Of a DNA stretch of 64,000 nt, positions 28,459 through 39,100 are shown one piece after another. Both the position numbers and the translations under genes were made by a program. The first letter of the stretch is position 1. Every line of letters starts with the position of its first letter. Under the pieces are notes generated by a model that saw nothing but the letters and a program-made list of their open reading frames with translations, had not been told where the DNA came from and did not search any database. The DNA comes from Candidatus Cloacimonadales bacterium (lineage in GTDB: Bacteria > Cloacimonadota > Cloacimonadia > Cloacimonadales > JAFGVF01): the NCBI GenBank assembly GCA_963667035.1, contig OY762964.1, forward strand, positions 2,752,001 through 2,816,000. The letters are read 5' to 3'.

Positions 28459-29838
28459 ATGAAGAGACTGTTATTTGTTGTTACATTTTTGATGCTTATA
28501 GGTTTGCTTTCTTCAGCACCTATAAAGGGACTATTAAATTCAGGGAAAGCTTCCAATAGTGGAAGTTACTTTGATCAATCTAAGTTAAAACAAATTAGTA
28601 ATACAACTGAAGTTGGGAAAGTTCCTAACTCATCACCGTTAAAACAAGCTAAAAACTGGATTTTAATAAAAGAAGAATCCTTCGAAGGAGTCTGGCCAAA
28701 TCAATGGAATTGTTACTCTAAGACAGATGTTGATGCATATTGGTCTGACAACAATGATATGGCTTATGAAGGGAATTGGAGTGGTCACTGTTGCGATGGT
28801 GGAGAGGACTCTATTGAGAATGGTTATCAGAATAACATGGAAACATGGATGGTTTACGGTCCTTTTAGCCTTGCAGACTGTGCTGATGCCGAGTTAAACT
28901 ACAACGTTTGGTATCATACCGAGTCTGATTACGATTACTTTAAAGTCTACGCATCTATTAATGGTTCATCATATTGGGGTTATCGCTATGACGGTCAAAG
29001 TAATGGTTGGGAGTCAAAATCTTTTGATTTAACAGATGTTTACGAGATTGGTAACGTAACAGGAAAGAATAACGTTTGGATTGCTTTTGTATTTACAAGC
29101 GATTTGTCTAACACATACGAGGGAGCTTATATTGATAATATAAACCTTACCAGAAACTATGTTGCTCCTGATGCATATGTTTCTCCGGTAATGTTTAACT
29201 CCTACATAGCTGATGAAATAGATAGTAATCAAGACGGATATTACGAATCCCTTAACTTGCTTGTTGATGTTGATGCACAAAGTCCGAGTTTGAAAGATGT
29301 AATAAGAGCTCAAGACTGCACTATCAATGTATACAACCATGCTACCGATGAAATGATTTGTTCAGGAGGACCATTTCACTTCACAGGTTCTTCAACGGAA
29401 GACAATGCAATAGTTGGTCCAATCACTATGCAGGAATGGGATGATAATGACGAGTTTGTTCTTAGAGTGGAAGTTAGTAACGAGTTTGGTTCTGACACAA
29501 AAACGCAAGTTGTGTCTTTACAGGGACTCTATACTCCAAATGCTGATAATGTAAATCAAGTTATCAAAACTGATTTAAACAACTACCCTAATCCATTCAA
29601 TCCTGAGACAACTATCTCTTTTACATTAAAAAAGAGAGAAAGAGCTACACTAGAAATCTTCAATATGAGAGGGCAATCGATAAATAGACTTATATCTGAA
29701 GAACTAAGTGTAGGCTCCCATCATGTTGTTTGGGACGGAAATGATAGTAATGGAAAATCCGTTGCTACAGGTGTGTATTTCTATAGGCTAATTACACCGA
29801 CAATGTCTCAAGCAAAAAGAATGCTCCTAATGAAGTAG
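28459..29838 (+). CDS. Secreted protein with jelly-roll-like domain and FlgD/T9SS-like C-terminal sorting domain
   Basis: GGAG RBS before ATG 28459, signal peptide; ESFEG..P..W, TESDYD, G.YIDNI; NYPNPFNPETTISF...WDGND...GVYFY. Confidence 0.8.
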   Translation: MKRLLFVVTFLMLIGLLSSAPIKGLLNSGKASNSGSYFDQSKLKQISNTTEVGKVPNSSPLKQAKNWILIKEESFEGVWPNQWNCYSKTDVDAYWSDNNDMAYEGNWSGHCCDGGEDSIENGYQNNMETWMVYGPFSLADCADAELNYNVWYHTESDYDYFKVYASINGSSYWGYRYDGQSNGWESKSFDLTDVYEIGNVTGKNNVWIAFVFTSDLSNTYEGAYIDNINLTRNYVAPDAYVSPVMFNSYIADEIDSNQDGYYESLNLLVDVDAQSPSLKDVIRAQDCTINVYNHATDEMICSGGPFHFTGSSTEDNAIVGPITMQEWDDNDEFVLRVEVSNEFGSDTKTQVVSLQGLYTPNADNVNQVIKTDLNNYPNPFNPETTISFTLKKRERATLEIFNMRGQSINRLISEELSVGSHHVVWDGNDSNGKSVATGVYFYRLITPTMSQAKRMLLMK

Positions 29839-29869
29839 TTACCCAAAACTACTCACCAATAAGCTCATC

Positions 29870-29901
29870 GCCCGATTAAGATAAATCGGGCTTTGTTTTT
29901 T
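29870..29901 (+). terminator. Intrinsic terminator
   Basis: GCCCGATT...AATCGGGC plus TTTGTTTTTT. Confidence 0.65.
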
Positions 29902-30006
29902 GTTAGCAATTAGTAATTATATCTATTAAAAGGCTTACCTCTCTAAAATATTTGACTATTTGAGAGCTGACTTTTAATTTGTATCAAAAATCTTAAGGAG
30001 TTTTCA

Positions 30007-30330
30007 ATGTTCCAAGGTGGACCAAATATGAAAGATCTGATGCGTAAAGCTCAGAAAATGCAACAGGATTTGTTAAAGGCTCAAGAAGATCTAGCTAACC
30101 AGGTTGTTGAAACACAAGCAGGTGGCGGAATGGTTAAAGTAGAAATGAATGGACGTTATGAGATTAAATCACTTAAGATTGATCCGGAAGTAGTAGATTC
30201 TGATGACGTTGAGATGCTTGAAGACCTTATTATTGCCGCTTTTAAAGAAGCACTTGAGAAGATTGGTAAGAATAGCGAAGAAAGTATGAGTAGCCTTACA
30301 GGCGGAATGAAAATTCCAGGTCTATTTTAA
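30007..30330 (+). CDS. ybaB: YbaB/EbfC nucleoid-associated protein
   Basis: MKDLMRKAQKMQ, AGGGMVKV, DVEMLEDLI, GGMKIPGLF; directly upstream of recR. Confidence 0.93.
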   Translation: MFQGGPNMKDLMRKAQKMQQDLLKAQEDLANQVVETQAGGGMVKVEMNGRYEIKSLKIDPEVVDSDDVEMLEDLIIAAFKEALEKIGKNSEESMSSLTGGMKIPGLF

Positions 30331-30335
30331 ACTGA

Positions 30336-30929
30336 ATGCTCAGTCCTAAATTTAAAAAACTGGAAGAAAATCTATCTACTTTACCGGGTATAGGTAAAAA
30401 GACTGCATCAAGACTTGCTATGCATCTCATTACACAGAATAGAGCTAACTCCATTGAGCTTTCTGAGTCTATCGTTGACGCTGTGAGTTCAATTAGATCT
30501 TGCTCAATTTGCAACATGTTATCAGAGGAAGATCCTTGTCCTGTATGTCTAGATAGTGGTAGAGATAATCATATTCTATGTGTTGTTGAGAATACGCAAG
30601 ATGTCTTTATCTTTGAGGAGTTACACTCTTTTAAAGGTAGGTACTTTGTACTTGGACATCTGCTTTCTCCAATGCACGGGATTGGGCCTGATGAGATTAA
30701 TTATAATCTTTTACTGGATTTTCTTAGTGAATATCCTGTACAAGAAGTTATCCTTGCTCTCAGCCCTTCAGTTGAAGGGGAAACAACTATCAGTTTTCTT
30801 GCTGAGCAGCTTGAGGACAGAGGATTAAAGATATCAAGACTTTCGACAGGATTACCTTTCGGAACCAATCTCGAGTATGCCAACAATATCACCCTTGCCA
30901 ATGCTTTTAAAAACAGGACTAATATCTAA
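30336..30929 (+). CDS. recR: Recombination protein RecR
   Basis: LPGIGKKTA.RLA, C4 zinc finger CSIC...CPVC, Toprim CVVE...LSP..GIGP...EGETT. Confidence 0.95.
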   Translation: MLSPKFKKLEENLSTLPGIGKKTASRLAMHLITQNRANSIELSESIVDAVSSIRSCSICNMLSEEDPCPVCLDSGRDNHILCVVENTQDVFIFEELHSFKGRYFVLGHLLSPMHGIGPDEINYNLLLDFLSEYPVQEVILALSPSVEGETTISFLAEQLEDRGLKISRLSTGLPFGTNLEYANNITLANAFKNRTNI

Positions 30930-32209
30930 TGAGATTCTTTAAAGCTCTATTTGTTTCAACGACACTTCTTTTTATCTTTGCTTGTGGAAGCAAGGATACC
31001 CTTACAGGAGGTCCTGAGGATACTGTAAAACCTGAAATAGTTTCGGTATATCCTGAGGAGAAAGAGAATATAAGCAACGGTGAAATAGAGTTAGTATTCA
31101 ATAAGAATCTTGATAAGGCTAGTGTAGAGAGAAGTATCTATTTCTATCCTGCAGTTGAAGACTTAAGAATTAAGACATCCAAATCTGTAGTAAGCATTAC
31201 TTTTAATCCCGATACACTGGAAGACACCAATTATTTTCTTACGATAAACAAAAGTCTTAAAGACATTCGTAATAATAATATGTTGGAGAATCAGACTTTA
31301 ATCTATAGTAAAGGTATTCTAAATAAATACAAGATACGGGGAGTAATTGAATATGAAGATGATGTTGAAAAAGGACACAATACATATCTCACTGTTCTTA
31401 CTGCAGATTCACTCTATATTTTCTCTAAGAAACTTACAAGAGATAGATTCGAGGTATCCAATCTCAATCCCTCTGATTATTTTTTGAGAGCATATTCCGA
31501 TATAAATGACAACGATAAGTATGATTTTGGTAAGGATCCATACTTTGAAGGACCATTTACTCAAAAAATGAGATCCGTTAAACTTGAAATGGCTGTTGCT
31601 GATTCAACTCTGCCAAAACTAAGAAGTGGGAGATTTAAATATGATAACCAACTTAGTTTAAACATGAGTGAAGAGCTTAAGCGTTTTGAGAGTATTTCAA
31701 TAATAGCTGTTGAGGATAGCACAGAAGTTCCCTATACGTATTTTGATATAGATGGCAGTAATGTTAACCTGATTACAGAGTCAGTAGATACACTTACTTA
31801 TAAGGTTATCATTGAGAACATGGAGGACCTTAAGGGTAATATAAGAGAAAGGATGGCGGTAGAAGTTCAAGGAATAGTTAAACCTGACACACTTGCTCCC
31901 ATAGTAGTAGAGACTATTCCACAAGATGGTCGTACAATCAAGACATTGAATCCTGAGATTGAGATTACTTTCTCTGAGATAATTCCTAAATCATATTTGG
32001 TTTGTAAACTTGTTGAAGTTGAATCGGGTAGAGAGATTAAGTTAACCAATCTTGGTAAAGATAGTCATAAAGCAGTGTTCATGCCTACTCAAAAACTAAG
32101 ACCCTATTATTCATATAAATTTATAGTCAGTAAATCAACAGCTGATGCTAAATTCAACTTCTTGAAAGAGGATTACATAATCAATTTCTTACCGGTTGCT
32201 GAAGAATAG
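30929..32209 (+). CDS. Lipoprotein with bacterial Ig-like (Big_5/SbsA-like) domains
   Basis: Lipobox IFAC, GGPED..KPEIVSVYP, second DTLAPIVVETIP.DG...IEITFSE repeat. Confidence 0.75.
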   Translation: MRFFKALFVSTTLLFIFACGSKDTLTGGPEDTVKPEIVSVYPEEKENISNGEIELVFNKNLDKASVERSIYFYPAVEDLRIKTSKSVVSITFNPDTLEDTNYFLTINKSLKDIRNNNMLENQTLIYSKGILNKYKIRGVIEYEDDVEKGHNTYLTVLTADSLYIFSKKLTRDRFEVSNLNPSDYFLRAYSDINDNDKYDFGKDPYFEGPFTQKMRSVKLEMAVADSTLPKLRSGRFKYDNQLSLNMSEELKRFESISIIAVEDSTEVPYTYFDIDGSNVNLITESVDTLTYKVIIENMEDLKGNIRERMAVEVQGIVKPDTLAPIVVETIPQDGRTIKTLNPEIEITFSEIIPKSYLVCKLVEVESGREIKLTNLGKDSHKAVFMPTQKLRPYYSYKFIVSKSTADAKFNFLKEDYIINFLPVAEE

Positions 32210-32226
32210 ATACTTCAATTACAAAG

Positions 32227-32258
32227 AAAAAAGGTCATCGGAATTCACCGAAGACCTT
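32227..32258. terminator. Terminator between convergent genes
   Basis: AAGGTC.TCGG...CCGA.GACCTT preceded by an A-run. Confidence 0.6.
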
Positions 32259-32281
32259 AAAGATTTTTCTGGATTAACTTA

Positions 32282-33520
32282 TCAATTCAATTGCATCATC
32301 ATTTCTTCGTATCTTCTACTGTGATACAGTAGGTTCGCTGGAGGAGATATCTTGGATATAGATCTGTCAATTGCACCTAATCTTCTTTGTGAAATGTTAC
32401 CTTTACTAAAATGTTTATTAGATGCATCGTTAATCTGAGCCTGTATTTTTAATAGCATTGATTTGTATCCGTCAGGGCTATAACCTGCTCTTACAGTAAA
32501 TATTGCGCCAAGATAATCAGCTTCTATCTCAAATTCATCCAGCATACCATCAACAAGTAGATTGAAGTATTTTTGAGTATCAGCAGTAAGTTCTTTTTCA
32601 ATCCTATCAGAATCGTCATTAACTCCAAAGTTACTTTCCATTTCCATATCTAATCTGCTAAAGGCATCTTGAGCAGAATTATTTGATTCTTCCATTTCAT
32701 AATGTGACATACCGTGCTTTCTTGATATGTGGGCGACTTCATGAGCAAGTACACATGCTAACTCTGCTTCATTACTTAGAAGAGATAGTAGTCCCTCAGT
32801 AATGAACACATATCCTCCCGGACATGACCAAGCTCCGAGTTTACTGCTACTCAAGATAAAGAATCTAACTCTTTGATTAGGAATATCGGAAGCATCAACA
32901 ATACTATTACCAACAAAGTTTATATATTCATTTACAGCATAGTTTTTGTTTAATCCCATTCCGGCTAAGTGTCCTGCAACTGCTAATCCGAATCCCTCTT
33001 CTGTTTTACTGAATGTTACTGAGCAATTACGTGGAGGAATAGTTACGCTTTTTCTAATACGCTTGAGATTGATTCCTTTATAGGTTTTCTTGCAGAATTT
33101 CTTATACTCTTTCGGGTCTATGTTAAAACCCGCTAGGTAGTCTATTTCATGAATATCGGTATTGTACATCTTACTGAAACTATTGGCTAAACCTTTGATT
33201 CCAACAGATTCAGATGCCGGAGATGTTATCATGTCCGTTTTAGCTTCTGCTAATTGACTTATCGAGCTGCTCATTTCAGTCATGGGAACTAACGCATTAT
33301 CAGCAATAAAGCCTTCAAGTCCTAAGCTTGTAATTTTTAACCAATTATCTTCAGTAGCTATCACATCAATCGAAGAACCATCCTGTAATTCCTTGATTGC
33401 CTGATAATAAGAACCGGGACCATCTCTTAGGATAACCCCTGCTCTTTCAATAGTTGCTTTATAAGCAAATAATGATAGAGTTAAAATTAATAATAGTAAT
33501 GATATATTTAACTTCTTCAT
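32282..33520 (-). CDS. M48 family metallopeptidase with N-terminal SH3b domain
   Basis: Signal peptide; LRDGPG...W (SH3b); PGGYVFITEGLL, EAELACVLAHEVAH, EIEAD, AGYSP. Confidence 0.85.
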   Translation of the reverse strand: MKKLNISLLLLILTLSLFAYKATIERAGVILRDGPGSYYQAIKELQDGSSIDVIATEDNWLKITSLGLEGFIADNALVPMTEMSSSISQLAEAKTDMITSPASESVGIKGLANSFSKMYNTDIHEIDYLAGFNIDPKEYKKFCKKTYKGINLKRIRKSVTIPPRNCSVTFSKTEEGFGLAVAGHLAGMGLNKNYAVNEYINFVGNSIVDASDIPNQRVRFFILSSSKLGAWSCPGGYVFITEGLLSLLSNEAELACVLAHEVAHISRKHGMSHYEMEESNNSAQDAFSRLDMEMESNFGVNDDSDRIEKELTADTQKYFNLLVDGMLDEFEIEADYLGAIFTVRAGYSPDGYKSMLLKIQAQINDASNKHFSKGNISQRRLGAIDRSISKISPPANLLYHSRRYEEMMMQLN

Positions 33521-35631
33521 TTAACCTCCATGGTATAAATACCGTCCCACTCCCCGGGAGGGCTGTTAATTAAGCTCTCACATCTATTCAACATAATTCT
33601 TGAAGGTTTATCATTGATAGAATTGCTAAGCCTTTTAAAAATATATGAAGCTTTATGAAACTCACTGTTGAAATACAGTTTAAGAGCTTCTTCGTAATCT
33701 TTTATCCATTTATATTCATCTTGAAAATCAATACTTTTATTGTCAATAAGTTCATAGATTGTGACAGCTTTTGACTTACCCTTTAACCTGATTCTATCTA
33801 GCTTACGACAAATAAAATCATTTGTAGCTAGTCTATGTACATTTTCACAGATTATGATATTGGTCTTATAGTATTTATTAATACTTTCGAGTCGAGAGGC
33901 AACATTAACAGGATCACCAATTACGGTATAATCCATTCTAGTTGGAGAACCTATGTTACCTGCTATCACACTTCCTGTAGCGATACCGATTCTAGTGTTG
34001 AGATGTAGTTCCTCAACCGGGTTTATATCTTTCTTTTCAATAATCCTTTTATTGTATTTGTTATGTTCCAATGCCATCTTGCAAGCATTAAGGACATATT
34101 CGGAAGAATTACTAGGCTGAACCGGAATTCCAAAAACTGCCAGAATCCCATCACCAAGATATGCTTCCAGCAAACCCTTATTACCTGTAATAAACTCACT
34201 CATAACAGTGAAATATGCGTTTAAATTCTCCACCAATTTCTTAGGATTGGTTTTCTCTGCAATACTAGTGAAATCATATATATCACTAAACATTACCGCA
34301 GCTTCTACTTCTTCTCCCCCTAAATCAATAAGGTTAGGATTCTTCTCAAGCTCTTTCAGAATCTCTTTACTTATATATCGACTGAACATGTTCCTGATTC
34401 TAAGTCTTTCGTTGTACTCTTTAGCAAAAGAGAGAAATATGTAGCTGAGAGTATAGCAAAGGTAGGTGAAAATAACTAGCATAATAGGCATAACAAGACA
34501 AAGCTTAATCCATATTAGATAAAAAATAGCTATAGTCAAAAGAGTAATACTTATGCTTATGAATAAAGTCTTAACAAAACCTTCACGATTAGTTATAAAG
34601 ACAAGAGCAAAGAGGAATAAAGACGTTAAAATTACTGTCAGAAATGGAGACAGAAATCTCACGTGGTCATTAGTGATTAGGTTAGTATATAACGTTGCCC
34701 AAGCCTCAATTCCAGGTCTCTGAGAACCTACAGGTGTATGTTTGATATTATTTAAACCGTCTGCTGTTGCACCAATCATTACAATAGCATCTTTAAAATA
34801 ACCGGAGGGGATTGTTGCCTCTCCTCCATATTTCATAGCAATTGAACTTTGTAAAACAGCTTTTATAGGACAGTAAATAAACTCTTCATTGTACCAATTA
34901 AGATGATACAATCCGTCCGTTAGGGGAATTGCCATGATTTGGTCTACTCCAATCTGATTCTCTACTAACTTTATCGGATAAGATGGTATCATGTAACTTT
35001 GCCCACCACTTTTTAAAACGTTATACACAGGTATTTTACGCAAGATTCCGTCCTCATCACTTTGAACATTGATTGCTACCGTACCTGTAACTGCATTATA
35101 AAGAGTATCTGTCGGCATGTTCACACTATAGAATTCAGGATAGTTGTTTAGATTACTTTCAATCTTGCTGTATTGATCTAGAGGTGCTTCTGTTTCTTTC
35201 TCCTCTTTTGATAACTGAGTTGCAATATATACATTACCATGTTTGCGTATGGAATTTGCGAGAATACTGTCATATTCACCTCCGACAGCTTCCGAAGATT
35301 CTCTGCTTCTATCATGGAATAGAATATCAAATAGAATAGCTTTGCTTCCTTCAGTAGTAAGATAATCAACTATGTGAGCATAGAAATCTCTAGGCCATGG
35401 ATACGAATATCCGGTGTTTTTTCTTACATAATCCAGACTGCTGTTGTCGATTGTAGCAATAATCACTTTTGATGAGTCCGGTATGTTATGATGTCTCATT
35501 CTCTGAAGTAAATCAGCTTCAGAGTTTTTTATGGAATTGTTTAATCCAAATCCGAAAAGGAGTAATAAAACTCCAATAGTTATCTGTAACGCTCTAACGT
35601 TTATGTGCTTTATCTTAGTTTTTTCCACCAT
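33517..35631 (-). CDS. CHASE2-domain class III nucleotide cyclase
   Basis: CHASE2 (IDNSS, YPWPR, FDILF, DEDGILR), three TMs, cyclase motifs VMFSDI..FT, YLGDG, RIGI.TG, DYTVIGDPVNVASRLES, KGK. Confidence 0.9.
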   Translation of the reverse strand: MVEKTKIKHINVRALQITIGVLLLLFGFGLNNSIKNSEADLLQRMRHHNIPDSSKVIIATIDNSSLDYVRKNTGYSYPWPRDFYAHIVDYLTTEGSKAILFDILFHDRSRESSEAVGGEYDSILANSIRKHGNVYIATQLSKEEKETEAPLDQYSKIESNLNNYPEFYSVNMPTDTLYNAVTGTVAINVQSDEDGILRKIPVYNVLKSGGQSYMIPSYPIKLVENQIGVDQIMAIPLTDGLYHLNWYNEEFIYCPIKAVLQSSIAMKYGGEATIPSGYFKDAIVMIGATADGLNNIKHTPVGSQRPGIEAWATLYTNLITNDHVRFLSPFLTVILTSLFLFALVFITNREGFVKTLFISISITLLTIAIFYLIWIKLCLVMPIMLVIFTYLCYTLSYIFLSFAKEYNERLRIRNMFSRYISKEILKELEKNPNLIDLGGEEVEAAVMFSDIYDFTSIAEKTNPKKLVENLNAYFTVMSEFITGNKGLLEAYLGDGILAVFGIPVQPSNSSEYVLNACKMALEHNKYNKRIIEKKDINPVEELHLNTRIGIATGSVIAGNIGSPTRMDYTVIGDPVNVASRLESINKYYKTNIIICENVHRLATNDFICRKLDRIRLKGKSKAVTIYELIDNKSIDFQDEYKWIKDYEEALKLYFNSEFHKASYIFKRLSNSINDKPSRIMLNRCESLINSPPGEWDGIYTMEVK

Positions 35632-35778
35632 AACTACTCAATAAATGACTCACATTTAAATGGCAATCTTTTTTAGTTAAGTTGATGATATTATATTATG
35701 TAATCCCAGTAGTATTTTTTAGGTAAAGTTTTGACTGTCCTAGGGTGGATACTTTTAAGGGTGACTTGCAAAAGAATT

Positions 35779-35964
35779 CTTCCGTTTTTGTCTCGTGATT
35801 CTCTCATGACTAACAAACAAATAATTAATATTAATAGGTCACTTTCATCTTACTAAATTTTCACTTCTCAAGTGGGTGTTGAGTAAGTGTTGAGTAAGTG
35901 TTAAGTGGGGATTATGTAAATATTATGCGTTCGTTGGTCATGAGAGTGACGAGGGAGTGGAGAG
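35779..35964. repeat. Dispersed intergenic element copy B, with inverted arms and GTTGAGTAAGT 11-bp repeats
   Basis: CTCTCATGACTAAC (35801-35814) is inverted against GTTGGTCATGAGAG (35933-35946); 11-bp units at 35867-35910; flanks shared with copy A. Confidence 0.6.
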
Positions 35965-36049
35965 ATAAATATTGAAATCCGTTATTCTAGATTTCGGGTT
36001 AGTCTGAATCCATGATGTAGAAGTTAATGATGTTTACTCACTATAAAGT

Positions 36050-36081
36050 AAAACCGCTCCTAAATTAGGAACGGTTTTTTA
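36050..36081. terminator. Terminator hairpin
   Basis: AAAACCG.TCCTA-AAT-TAGGA.CGGTTTT downstream of the 36110 stop. Confidence 0.65.
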
Positions 36082-36109
36082 TTTAAGGTTAACAATATGT
36101 AATCAACTA

Positions 36110-39100
36110 TTACTTGCTTTTATCTATTAATTTGCTCAATCCAAAAGTTGCCAAGATTACAGCGATAGCACCTAGTAAGAAATACATTTTTGCACCAACA
36201 AAACTATCACTCATAGACATTTTCAGTACTTTAAATGTAACATAAAGTCCAGCTATCCAGATTAAAGATAATCTATTTGTAGCGACTAGTTTCTTAACAA
36301 ATATATGAACAATAACTGTCATAACAACTGTTACAACAAGCCAAGTTATGATTTGTGTGGAATCTAGGTACAAGAAAGTCGATTTCATTGATAGTGATGC
36401 TGTCAAAAGAAGCAACATTATAAACATTAGAATATTTCTTTTCTTAAAGCCATCCGTAATTTTGTCGATAACAATAAAAACCGGCATAATGAGTGTTAAT
36501 GAACGCACAAACATCTTTAATGAATCTATTATCGCTCCAATAATTGGTACACTATTTACCATTACCGATGAATCAGGAATAGAGGCAGTAATCTTAGGTA
36601 ATAGTTCCATTACAAGCAGATAGAATCCTATTGCAATGAAACCTATACTGATACTGTTTAATAATGTACCGGAAACATTTTTATCCTTAGCATAGTAAGC
36701 CATAACGATACTAACAAAGAAACCGACGACAACAGTTATTAGGATTGTTACGAGAATGCTCATTACATTTTGGTTACCAAGGGGTTGTGAAGTTGAATAA
36801 CCCATTTTCATATTACTGTATTCCAATCCAAAACCAATGAAAAATATAATTAATATGAGAATGAGCAGTATAAAAAATACTTTCATATTCAACAGCTTCT
36901 TGGTCCAGGCAATGATGATAACAATTAATGCTCCTAAGTACGGTAGCATTGTGACAATGTCAAGGATGCTGAAGATTGCTTCTCTAGTTCTATAGCTATT
37001 CCAAAACCTTAAAGACTCTTTTTCGGGAAGCTTAATTCCCTTGTAAATAGTGCTTAGCTCATCTCCTGCAAACCCGATTCCATAGTTTATATAGTTATCC
37101 CCTAAGCTATAATTCACAGTATCTTTGTACGTAAAATACCAGTCTGTTCTATTATCTCTAAGAGAAGGAATAGCTTTTACAAGAGTTAAGTCATTGAAGT
37201 CAATCTGATGAATCTTCTCCAATTGTTCTTTTGCTAGTACAGTAGCTTCAGGTTCCGTTAAGTTTACTCCTTCACTCTCTTCATGAAAATCATGCCTATA
37301 GTTTTGTAGCATTCCATCTTTAGTGTAGGTAACCGAGAATTCTTCTGCTCTTTCTTGTAGGTCTCCTTGGAATTTTGCAAAACGAACAGCAATAGCATTA
37401 CATTTTACAAAATTGTCAGAGAGATTGTTAAAGTTTTCTTCACCAAGAAAATGCCAAATCTGACTAACAACAATTTTATGCCCATTTTGAGCTTCCGTCA
37501 TTACCTCGTACTGATCAAGATCTTCTACACCTAATGATTCAATGAATTCAGTTGCTTTAGCAATTGCCTCTTCATTCGTAATTTCAAGTTTGGACGCATT
37601 GTAGTTAACCCTGAAGAATAACAATGCCAGAATCAATCCTACTATACCAAGAATTGGGATTATCTTTCCAAGTTGTTTTGAATTATCATTCCGGACTACA
37701 GATTTACTTATGGTAGATACTTTTTTTATCTCCGGTTGCCAGTCTTCATTGTAAGATCCTGATAAATCGTCTTGGCACTTTCTCTCCCTTACTCTTCTGT
37801 AGACAAGAATTAGAATCGGGAAAAGCATTACAAGTACAAATAGTACTTTATTACCAATCATCTCATTTGATTCAACCATCCAGATAGGAAGCCCCATTAA
37901 AACAGCATCAAATACAAAATGAATCATCACACCTGTTATAAGACCGAATCTAACATAAGCTACTGCAAAAACAAGTGACGGGAGAATTAGCTCAATTACT
38001 CTTGCATAAGATGGTTGAGCAGCGTAATTAGCGTGTCCCATACCGAAAATTATGACTTGTACTATCATTCCTATCCAAAAGAAAAGCTTCTCTTTGCCAA
38101 GTTTTCTACCTATTAAGACAGCACCGGCAATCGGAATTGCTCTAAATAGACATTCTTCCCAAAATCCGGCATGTAATGCCCTTGCAATAGATCCCAACCA
38201 AGGAAATGATGTTGCTAATGTGTTTGGATCTACACTAAGAGATGAAGAATTCCACCAACCAAAGTACTTGGTAGTAATCATATAAAAAACAAGTATATAT
38301 GTTAAAGAAATGGGTACCCATAGATAACCACCTATTGTATTGCCTAGCAACTTCTTTGAGTTAGCTACCCCGGGGCTCCAGCTCTTCCATAACTGAGTAT
38401 GTTTACCAAAAGCTTTCCTTGTGAAACCTTCAGCAACCATAAAAGACGCAGAAAGTATAATCGTATTTGAGAAAAAATTGACAAGTGAAGATGAAACATA
38501 ACCGAAAATATGCTCATTGACAGATGATGATGTTTGATACCATAACCAGGAAAGGGATAAGTCATTAAAAGATGCAATAAACTCTAGCAGAGCAACAAGT
38601 ATACCCCAAAATAAAGCTCTCTTCCAGAGTAACCATTTGATTTTAATAAGAAAAAAAGCCCCTACAACTATTCCCAGTGCTCCGTATAAAATTATCATAA
38701 GCACAGAACCAACTCCGGCAATTGTGTTATTAGCAGAGCGCATCTCGGAATATCTTCTTTGGAAAGCTTCAGGCGTCTTAAGCGAATGGTATAATCCGGT
38801 AAACTTATTGCCTCTAACAGATAGATTTATTCGGAACTTAGCTTTTGCTATTTTCTTGTCTGTTCTTTCGAAAATGAAAGTGTAATCTTTTCTACCTTTA
38901 GGAGTAGTAACTAATTTAGTATCATTTAGTTTATATGGTGTGAAATCAATCCCCCAGTCAGTTTCAGCTCTTGTTTTTGCTAGCTCTAAAGCTTCCTCAG
39001 AGGTTAGATTCGGTAGTTCAAGATCTTCAGGAAGCTTTATGTCAAAACCATAAGGTTCTCCTGTTGGTTTGAAATAAGTATCGGATTCGAGTATCTCTCC

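Noticed and set aside
35732..35756. TGACTGTCCTAGGGTGGATAC, similar to the IS end at 15521
   Set aside because: Only about 10 bp match, with no partner IR or transposase fragment; too weak to call.
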